From Pocillopora damicornis (taxonomy: Eukaryota): 64,000 nt of DNA. The stretch is taken from positions 124,001 through 188,000 of the forward strand of contig NW_020845867.1 of the NCBI RefSeq assembly GCF_003704095.1. The letters run 5' to 3'. Below, piece by piece: positions 28,369 to 39,700 of the stretch. A program made the position numbers and the translations under genes. Every line of letters begins with the position of its first letter. Position 1 is the stretch's first letter. The notes under the pieces were generated by a model. It searched no databases. It saw only the letters and a list, made by a program, of their open reading frames with translations, and was not told the origin of the DNA.

Positions 28369-31300
28369 TGTTCCGACCGTGATTCCACTTTGAGCTCCCT
28401 TTTCCAACGTCTGTGAGATAATCAAAATTGTTAGAACTTTGGTTTTGAGATCTGTCTCTGCAGATGCTGCTCTGATTAGCTACTGGTGCGGGCGCTGGTT
28501 TTGAATCCAAGTTTTTGTTTATACGCCGTCGTTGTTAACTCTAGTTTTGAAGTTTTTGTACACCGCCCATGGATCGACCAGGTCCCAACGAACCACTAGC
28601 TGTCCTCATACACCAGAGAGTAACTATCAAAAACACCCAATGTGTGACATTGGGACTAGAGAACTGCGACCGTGTCTTGGTTACAAGCTTCAGAGACAAT
28701 ACGCTGCATTGTTTTAGGCCTAGCGTGGTTTGCTTATGGCGCGTGTGTCAGAGACCATTGTCAATTGTCATTCACTTAATTGCTCTGTGGCTGTAAGATA
28801 CACAACTGTACACCGCGGCACGCGCAAACAATTAACTCAGACACTCGCCACGTGCCTAAACGAGTATTGTTATAAACTCGAAGACATGATCTGCTTCTTG
28901 AAGTGGAATTGCATTAAGCGACTTAGATGTGTCGGAAGCAAACTAAAAATGACATTTTTGCTTTGTCCTAGCATAAGCTCTGCGCCGTTTTCGTTGTTTT
29001 TATAACCAGGGAATTTCGTTTACTCTTAACTTAATTTCCGTTTAATGACCGTTGAGTTTTTCAACTCTGCATTCAACAGCTGGTTAAGCAAATTTCTTTG
29101 TCTTTCTTTGTATGGTGTAAAAGGGTCAGGCACAGGTGTTCGCCATTAGTTAAACGTCTTCTCGTCTGTGGAAAGCACGCTTGCTGTAAGATTACACGCG
29201 CGTGCTTACAGCACTGAACAACACGCTGTTAGAAATTCTGACTGGGTATGGCGCGACACAGAGGCGCATCTTTTGATAAAAATCTTTACTTATCCCATTT
29301 TGAAAATGAAGAAAGAAAGGAGAACAAAACAAAAGTGTGACAAAGCTTTTAATGAAACCAGAAAGGCAGCGCTTTGCCCGAGTTTCAAGACGACAATATG
29401 ACTTGGACGGCGAGAGATTGGGACCGACAGGATAAGGTGTCGCTGGCGCCCCCTCGGCGACTTGTTTACAAGAAGACGAAGGACTCTTTTGTTAGCGGCA
29501 GGAGTTAACATTAAAAATAACAAGAACATGATGAAACGGTTAACGTTCGTTACACTGCTGGAAGCCAAACAAGTTCGTTACTGTTTGTAAGTTCAACAAA
29601 CTGAACGTAAATAGGAGGAAAACTCACTACAGTGGTGTTTTTTTCTCGAACTCCTTAGTGAAAACATTCCCACCAATCACAGCCAGTTCAGCGTAGAGCC
29701 CGTTTTATTTGCATATCAATATTGAGCATGGAATAATTTGTTTCATTCTATACCACCAAGCTTGTATTACCTATTGTATGTTAACAAGTCAGTAAGTAGT
29801 ATCTAAGCAATCGTGTATGAATCAGCTGGAACGCACGTGTTGATCAGCGAATGATCGCGAAAGAAGCGATAGAATCTTTGATCTCAGAAGGGATAGAACG
29901 TTCAATCGGTTCATAGCGAAACCGTAACATCAGTGTGAAATGAAATTTTATGGCTGCAATGAGTTGACACTTCGCCTTAAACCCTAATCTTCGATCGTTA
30001 TTATTCCGAAAGCAATATGAACGTCGATTTAAAAGCGATGAAACGATCTCCTGCAAAAGCAAATATATCAATAGGCCAGTTTTGCACACATTTTCCTTTT
30101 GTACTCGGCAATAAACATGTAACAAAGTGTGAAAAATCATTTATCAACTCGTTAACTTCATGCTGTTGCGAGCATTAAAAAACCGCGAACGCGTCCCACA
30201 AAAAAAGACGCCGAGGCATATCGCGGGTTACGAGAACAATTGGGCCTATTATTTTTCCTGCTTTGCGCGAAGTTTGCTACAAGCGATAAAAGGCACCTAG
30301 AACCAATGTTTTCCTCCACTATCATGCAGCTAATTAAATTTCGATCGGAGAGTCGCTAAGTTCGATGACGAATGTAAAGGGGGAAACTTAAAGCTTATTT
30401 TCAGTCGACCAAGTTCGTGTGATATTCATCAGGACTGGTTCCTTATCTGCGAGAGTTTCCCCCACAAGCATTTTTTCACCAAAAAGTGGCAAATATTGAA
30501 ACCTTTCTACGTGTCAGGAAAAAAATTCTTTCTAAGGGTATAAATGGTACGTTTAGTGAAAAACTAAACAAACAGGCAGATTATAATAAATCTGAGCTTT
30601 CAATAATCTATCCTTGTTAAGTCCTGCGATCAAAAACCCCGACGGATTCCGCGTGTCAAGTGATTCCAGAATTATTTATTATTTATATACGATAAACGTA
30701 ACAAAAACAGGTAAGAAGACGCTTATGGAGTAGATTCAATATTATTTGATTTTCCTTCAACACAGCCTCCAGTCCATTGAAGGAAAGAACTTCAATTAAA
30801 ACTACATCAAATTACTGTTCCTTCCCCGTGAATTCTCAGTTGTAGACATATAATGAACGTTTAATTTACCTTCCCATGAACATAAATTTTACTGCTAATG
30901 GATGAGTTAAGTAACAAATTTCTGTACTGATTTTAATCTAAGGCAGGAGTTTAACAGAAAATAAAATCAAGACTTGATGTGACCTATTCTAAATATTCAA
31001 GTTCTGTGAATCCGTTCCCAAAGCGGAAATTTTCATTTGAAAAATATTCGTGAACATTGAGAAAGAATGTAGTGTATCTGTTGTACTACCGATTTGAAAA
31101 CGTTCCGAATGAGAGCTTTGCTCATTTCAAGTCTACGCCTAGATTATTTCTGAAGATTGCAGGCTACACAATACATGGAAATTGTTGAAATTGATTTCGG
31201 CATTCTGGGCATAATCAGAGGACTAGGCAGTCTAGTACTGTGAAGCAGTGACGAAGCAAAGCAATGGCTATTAATCGATGGTCTTAAAGGTTAAAATAAT

Positions 31301-34300
31301 TTCCAGATCACTAGAAAACCAGCCCTAAATCGCACGCTCAGAAGTCCGAGATACAGTTTTAGGATGGACAGGTAGACTTTCCTTCGCGGCGGCATGACGA
31401 AGATGGAAAACGTCCACTTGACCACAGACTTTTGCCCAGAAAGTTGCGCGCCGCAGTCATAGATGAAGCTAGCACATTGGGGAGTTCACCCTAAACCAAA
31501 ACGATTGATTAACTAGACTGCAAAACAAACCCGTAGCCCAGCAAAGGATGGATTCTTAGGAATAGAAAGTTAAAACACGGATCGTTCGCTGGCAAAATTC
31601 TATGGAAGCCAACAGAAATATGCCTTCTTTGATATTCCCATGCAACGAGAGGACGTGTGTAGATGGGAGGCAAAATGTTCGCGGTTTCCCTAAGTTACAA
31701 ATCTTTTGGTGGCAAGTTGCTACTGAAAGACCTCCTTACCTTTCAGAATTTCCAACTTTCTGTGATGACGAAAAAGTCTTTCCACCAAATCCTCAGATAT
31801 CCCTGCAGCAAGTTACCCGCCGAACACTGTTCAACTCACTGCTTAATGGAAAACAGGAGTTGTTATTTTTAGGGCCTTGTTTTGTGCCCCTCTTTTGTGA
31901 TTCAAGTAAAACAATAAAATCTAGAGTTCTCATCGTGTATTTATTACTTTGATTGACAGTTTAAGTTTTCTTGGAGAAGTAAAAGCATATTGGAGGAGTC
32001 CACCTTTGAGGCGACCGCAGCACACAATAGGTTGTTAATTTTGCTTTCAGTAGTACATGCCACTCTTGAAGTTTAAATATCCATGGATATTTACTAAGAC
32101 CTTGAACCCAGCTAAAGATATTCCTCTGTTTACGCATGCACATTTATTTGTTACCCAATGCACCCGATTCAGCCTCTTTGGTCACTTTCCGACTCACTTG
32201 CAAGCGAAATACAAAACTCCCTTACAAGCTATACATAAAATGCGTCTTTCTAATTTATTATATTTCGCGATGTTTCCTCGTAGGTTACGCGCAAAAAAAA
32301 AAACTATTTTTGATTATTACGTTTATGGAAAGATGGTGACCTTTACTTTACTTATTCTCCGTAATATATGTTTAATTTCGCCCAGGTTTCCCCTTTCATT
32401 CATCTTCATGGCAAGGTGTATTGTGTTTTCGTCCATCTTCAAAATTCTGCGCATGGATGTTTTGGCAGAATTTCTCCCCCCAGGCAAGTGAATAGATAAT
32501 AGCCATGTGCTGACAAAATTAAAGTTTGCTGTGAGACAATTGAGTGATCTACCCGTCTATATGAAAAGAAAAGCCTCATTTCTCAGATCAGATACAGAGT
32601 TTCAACAATTGCATCAGGAGTTATGCTCAGATACCGTATATCACAAACGCATCAAAAACCAGTCTTGTTCGTTTATTATTGTGTTTCCCCGCTTAAAAGA
32701 CCACGGTAATTCTATGTGCCTAATGTTTGGTTTTTGATCGCTGCATCGTTCCCAAGCAGGCTTTGTATCTTAGCAAGAAACCATGGATTTTAAAGACGCT
32801 CGCGAAAAAATCTCGCTCGCTTTTTTCATGCAAAATTTAATAGAAAACTGAACGTGGAAAAAAATTTGCAATTTAAACTGCGTTCTTGAACTTTGTCTGC
32901 GGTCGGTTAGTGTACGTTAAGAAAAATTCGATGACTTTGTCCAATTTCAGTCAAGAGAGTAAATTGTTGTTTTGTTACGTTAATCAAATCCATGCTACTG
33001 AGAGACGGATCAGAAGTTCTTTCAGAAGGGCATCGTTTTTTCCCACTTTGGCTTTGCGCACGTCGATGATATAATTTTTGCGTCGATATTTCAGAGTAAT
33101 TCCCAGCGCTTTAGGAATGAATTGCCAAAGATTTAGAGTCGATTTGTCTCTAAGCTAAACACGTGTATGAACGATAAGACTATTGTGAACAACTTTCCTA
33201 CCGCAAATCTTCTTTTCGTCCTTTGTTTGAGAGTGAATTATATTCATAAGGTTCCGTTATTTCCCCCCCGAGTTTAAGCTTTTATTATGCCACTTACAAA
33301 ATAACCGGAGACGAAGAACACGAACTGGAAAGTTGATGTCGACTTCAATAAAACTTTGTGGCTTTATTTCGATGAAATCTATGGAGCCTAAACTCATCTC
33401 CGAGCCATTGATTTAACAATGCACGATACTTAAATTTGTGTTTAAACTTATTAGGCGAAATGTGCAGGCCACCGGCGTCATTAGATTGTTGTCTTGCTAA
33501 TCACATTCGCGTCTAGCTGATGTTCGGCAGAGCTAATGCCGCCATTTTCAACAATCAGCCTTGTTGACTGAGATCCTTTTAGTGCTGACTGAAAAAATTA
33601 CCTTTTTTGTCAATAAACCGTAGCTTGCTGTAATTAAAACATTGTTACATCATTCAAAACGTTTTTGCACCTTGGATAAATTGATCATGCGATGAAACAG
33701 CACGACACTTAACCCTCTTTCATCGCTCGAAGTTTTGAAACAATTTTAAGGACACAGTGCTGCTTAATATGGAAACGTTCGCACTTGCTGGTAAAACTCA
33801 CGGATTTCAATGGTTGTGACAGTGAAAACCTTTGTCAAAGTTTAGTGACTCAATCAATGAACAATTGAACTGAAAATACAAATATTGCTTTGAAAAACGC
33901 CGGATGTTTGCTTTCATATAAAGTAATACAGTCACTGTGAAAATATCGTTCCCAAAAGCTTTCGAACATGACAGAAGATCAACACAAGTTATGATCTGTG
34001 AAATGGTAAAACTCTCGCGTCCTGAGAAAATCTTTGCTTGTCATCTATAGCTAACTCTTGGTTCTTTTTTAAGATACATATGAGTTTTATTACGTAGTTG
34101 CAGAGCTCTCAAACTTAAGTAAATACATAAAGCGCATTTGCCGCTTTTCAGATGAAATTAGTGTTTCTGACGGGAATTGAACGTGAATAAACAGTCGTCT
34201 GAAGAAAATCACACTTTCTTAACGATGAACACTAGCTCTTCAAGCCAATTTACTGGAACCTTCTATTCATTTGTTTTGTTTAAAATATTCAGAGCAATTT

Positions 34301-36587
34301 AAATCGTTGAGATTTTTTTGCCATGTGGTTGACAAGGAACATTGAAACAACATTAGCCAATCGAAGGCAGAATTCACCCACCTTGCCAACATATTACTCT
34401 GTTCTATTTGCCAGTTTTGTGAAGAGAGATGAATGGAAAATGGAATTTCAATTTCTCGGTGAAGTCGGAGTTATCTAATAAACTTCTCTAAGGCTTTCAA
34501 TAAAAGAAATTGTGACAGTTCTCACATATAAAGCGCTCGTATCTTGGCAATATACTTTCTTTATAACTGAAACCAGTAATTTAGCCAAGAATTTGGGGAA
34601 TCCACTTCATTGGAGTAAATGATACCACTTCCATAACCGGTGGCGACAACTACAGTGCCTCAAAATTCGCCGAAACCTTTGTCCCCATGAATCAGAGTCA
34701 CACGCATGGCGACAGTAAATATTTCACAGTGTTGCTTTGAAACAGCAGCAGTAGTTGTGTTATTGAAAAAAGTATCAAAAGAGGTAAAAGATTTACCCGT
34801 TAAAATTGCTTTGTTTCCTTTCTGTTGTTGTCTTGTTAATTTTTTTATACTGAGCCACCGGGCGTTTCAAAAGTTTTCGAGTCCAACGCGGTATTTTTTC
34901 GTCAATTTAATTCCGAGCATGATAGAAGGAAGCGAAACTACTTGTTAACAAAGGTCTCTATATTTTGGATGCCGAATGTAGTACTACCTACATACCTTCT
35001 TAGCGAAACGAACTTTGCAACATCTCCCGCAACAAAGTCTAATTTATGATCTGTGGAATGAAGAATTGCCGTTTGATTACACAGAGGGTAATATGGACGT
35101 CTTCTGTATATGTATAAGGCTTGTCTACAATGAAACACTATGGCAGTTATTTGCACGGATTCCAAAATTATTGAAGCGTGCATCTGCACCTCTCTCGATT
35201 ATGAATAACATCACAGTACCGATCTTGCGGTATTTCGACTTTAAAGCCACTCGTTCTTCAGGTAGATTTAACTGAAAATGAGTGAATGAAAACGCGATTG
35301 CTGCGTGTTTGGTCTGATATACATTCTAAAAAAGAACCTGTATTGTACCCTCGGCTCATAACCTTCACCTTGGCATGGAATACTCCACACGTGCTTTTTT
35401 ACGCCCACATTAACCAGGTGTAAAAAAGGACGAGTTTAACGATCGCTTATAAAATCGAAAACGTTGATTTTTTAAATTTAACTTGTTTCAGATGCAGTGC
35501 AATAACTCGAGACAAACGCGGCAAAATATATACTGGCTGCATGTTTGCGTTATTTAGACATATCCTAGCGATTGATCGCATTTTGAAACATAATGTTTTG
35601 TTTTGTAAGATCATTATCAATACGGGCTTAAAATGGCCATTTAGGAGTGTGTAGACCACAAGCTGTCCCCCTTTTTTCAGTTGACAAAAAAACAGAAAAA
35701 AAAAGACAGCGAAAAAAAAAAGGTTGAATTCAAGTGCAATTCCCGATTTTTTTTTTTTTTTTCACTCGCACGACGGACTTTGCCGAAAAGAAAGAAATAT
35801 TCTTAGTCTAAGAATTGTGATCACAAGAGAACTATATTAAGATCTAAAGCACGACGCAGGTTAGGAACATTTAATTTTACTATGATCAGGTGTTGGGAAG
35901 CAAAACAGCGACTAAAGAGTGGCATATGCAAAACGCTTGGAAATAACATCTATGGCCAGTACTTGCTACTGTAATGTACAAGTTTATACAACAAGCTAAA
36001 TTAAACACGCATTTTGATTGGTCAGGCTTTCCTATCATCTATTGGAGGACTACTCATAGATTCCGTCAACATTAACAACATTTTGCTTCGTTTTCATGAA
36101 TTAGCCTGCAGAACCGCAGTGATATTTTTGCGTTTTCAGGCGCTCGCCTTGGGCTTGCCTCCGTTCGCATGTAAACGCAAGGAAAAAACAAAAAAAAACA
36201 CCTCCAGTTCTGCAGGCTACGTTATCACAGAACATATTCCTTTTTACCGTAGGTCTGTTTAGTGATAGGTCACAGAAGGCCATGCGGTGGTAGATTGCAG
36301 TCGCTGGTACACGGTATAGGACCTGAATACAAGATTCAGTCATTATTTATCCTGTGGGGGAAGAGGGTCGGGGATTTTGGTTGCGTCACAACATAATGAA
36401 CCTGGTCCCCCCATAAGACTCTGTAATATTCTTATGATCCCCCTCTTTGGAAGTCAACTTTCTTTTGTCCCCCGTATTATAATCTTTTGGTGACAACCAA
36501 TACAACCTCCGTACCCTTTGTGATCCCTAAAAAATCCTACGTGTACAGATGCTCTTTCCAGGCCCTACTCATAGAGAAAGAGGCTCG

Positions 36588-36623
36588 GTTACCTAGCCTG
36601 TCGTTCGTTGACAACAAATGGCG
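36588..36623 (+). promoter_or_regulatory. Putative CEP164 core promoter: partial X-box and YY1-like motif
   Basis: GTTACCTAGC at 36588-36597 matches 10 of 13 bases of GTTACCTAGCAAC. CAAATGGCG at ~36615-36623 is YY1-like. Both lie 95-130 bp upstream of the ATG. Confidence 0.4.
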
Positions 36624-36716
36624 TCTCTATCACCGTTCAACTTGCTCGTACTAACTTGCATCAGTTTATTCGAAAACCACCGGTAGAAAATAATTTTTAA
36701 GAATAATTACACCATT

Positions 36717-39700
36717 ATGGCTACTATGATCAACGGTCAGTTGATCCTGGAAGAGGAATATGATGAAAACTATCAACCGACAGAACAAGGTAAATGAAAT
36801 TTCAACTTTGCAGTTTTTGTCATGTTTACGTCTAAGTTCATCCAAGATTTTAGTGATTGAAATAAAGCTCGGAATATTTTTCTAATTTGTTGGACACGGT
36901 GAAGGTCACATTGAGATATTGGTGGTTCAACTTTCATCATCAATTTTAATCCACTGGTCTGGCGATCGAAGATGCCCGATAGTAAATGAAATGTAGGTAG
37001 GCAACCGTGTAGACGTACAAATGCACTCTGATGTAGAAAACGTTAATCTGTTATAAGATTTCTTTGGTTCGACGCTGTAAAAAAAGAAAAAAAAAAAGAT
37101 TAACTAAAGCGGTTATATAATTTTTAGAAATTTACCTCTCCCCAAAACAATATATAAATAACAATCTGCCACAACGTCAGATGAATAACAAACAAACAAC
37201 GTGTAACTGCAGTTAAATGATCAAATGTATGGTCAGGCGAACACAAAATATACAATCAGGTTAGGAAAATAACGTTTCTCAAGACTTTTCTCTGACTTAT
37301 TATTGTTAAGCAAATTTATCTTTGGTTTCTTTTGATCAACCATATATCAAGGAATGGAGTTTAACTAAGCATCTTTTTCATGTTTAACACACTTATCAAC
37401 TTTGAAATCTTGTTAGTGCGAAGGAGTTATCGGTTCTGTTTCAAAACTGTCCATAGAGTACAAGTCTTAAGCAATCCTAGCTGTTGAGACCTTAAAAAAG
37501 TGTACTTTTTATATTGTAATTTATCTATGAGTTTTGGTATAATCTTTATGTTTGAGCGCTGAGGCGAATAGCACTGCATTTGTAATTTTTTTCAAATTTC
37601 CTTTGCAGAGATATTTGAGTATGCTCAATCAATAGGTATAGATCCTATTAACGAAAGAGATCTTCTGTTTATTGCAAGGGAAGGTATTGTTGCTCCTCTA
37701 CCCACTGATTGGAAACCTTGGTGAGTAGAATAAAGCTTTAATCTCCATTAAACTTCCAAGTTTAGTAATAAACACTTTGACCAGATTTTAGTTATAAAAA
37801 CAATAAGGAACTCTTACCAACTGAGTTCAAGGACTGTATTATAAGTTACGGACCAATTTTTTTCTGCTCAGATTTATGGCCTGAGCCCAAAATGGCAGCA
37901 GAAAAAAGGAGGTTCTGTAACTTACAGTATGGGTTCAAATTGAGAGGAAAAGTTTCAATTCAGACATGAATAGTAGAGTGTCATGTAATAAAATACAGCC
38001 TGCTAAATTGACCAATCATCAAGTGCATGTACCAACTGAGAGATAAAATAAATGTACCTTATTCAATGGTTTAACCCTTTAACTCCCAAGATCTGATTGT
38101 TAATTCTCCCCACTAGCTGCTACACATTTCCTTCTAAATTGGTTCGAGAAGTTTGGTGTTAGATCAAGAAAAAACAACTTCTATGTGATAAGTTTAATTG
38201 TTCTCATTACCTGTTTTCTAGAAAGTCTATGGGTATCATAGTGAGAAGATGCCTCTCAATCACTTCTGGGAGTTAAAGGGTTAACATGCTTGTATATTAC
38301 TTGCGTATGCTTTGCGAGTTGGTGAAAGAAAGAAAATCAATATTATATTTTATAATTTAACACTTCATTCTCAGAGCCATAATTATAACAAATGTATAGG
38401 AGATAAATAGGAGAATTGTCATGTAAAGTGCTTCAACCATAAAAATAAGGACTGTTTTCCAGAATTCAACCATTTATTTTATGAGGTCTCATTAATCACA
38501 TGGCCTTAACGTCACTAAAGGAATGGCATGCAGTGCATACAAACAAGATTAAATATATAAAATACTAAAAAAAATGTCAATGTGTAGCTGTGACAAGAAT
38601 TGATTTTGAGATCTTCAGAATAAAAGGGCCAAGAGTGAGTAAGTCAATATGTACAAGTTAGTGAAACAACCTGTAACAGCACTTCTAATTAACCCGTTCA
38701 CTCCCATGATCCTTTTAGTAATTCCCCTTACTGTCTCCTGCACATTGCTTATAATTTTAGTTGGAGAATTTGGTATTGAATCATATGATAATCCACTAAC
38801 TGATATTTTCCTATTTACNNNNNNNNNNNNNNNNNNNNNNNNNNNNNNNNNNNNNNNNNNNNNNNNNNNNNNNNNNNNNNNNNNNNNNNNNNNNNNNNNN
38901 NNNNNNNNNNNNNNNNNNTTTTTTATCACTAAAGCGCTCTTTGTTTCCGACAACACCATGTGGGAACCAAATTTCCGTTTTCAGATCAGATCTTTTTAGT
39001 ATTTTGTTTCTTCGGGTGACTTGACTTTTTTTTGCGAGCGACATTACCAAAATTTCGGGCAACATGACTCGGGTTTCGGGCGACATGACTTCGGGCGACT
39101 TGACTGTAAACCATCCTACACCACCATTTTATGCAATCAGTGGGCCTCAGACTCTCTTTAAAAGAGGGTTGATTTGGTTAAATAAATGTCCTTCCATTTT
39201 TAGCTTTTGGCCCTCTTGACACAGATCACAAAGAAAAAAAATGCAGCTTAACTGAGGACATAATTTTGTTAAACAATGGCTAAACTTTGTTTAAATAATT
39301 AGACCTTATTTTTCATTTATATGAATTTCCATTTTTTAAGTCCAAAAGTTGTGATAAGATGATTATAAAAGACCACTATGTGAATATATTTACTGACCTA
39401 CCAATCATGTACCCTCCAAAATTTCATATGTCATCAGATGTAAAGTTTTACATAGACATGTTGCTATGACCCAAAGAAACCCTTGAAATTACAGGATTTT
39501 GATTTATGGGAGAAAATAAAATTCAAAATTTTCACTAAAAGGAGTGAAAGGGGAATTTGGGAAAATCAATTCATATCAATCAGGTCCATCATTCAATCAT
39601 CCACAATAATTTTACAAAGGCCTAGACCATTGACTCTCTGTACATACAATGACAAAGTGAACATCACATTTTTCAGACCCCAAAGGCACAGTTCTAAAAC

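Noticed and set aside
29000-36500. 60-144 aa ORFs between RFX4 and CEP164
   Set aside because: Their composition is typical of AT-rich non-coding DNA, with no domains; probably regulatory or intergenic.
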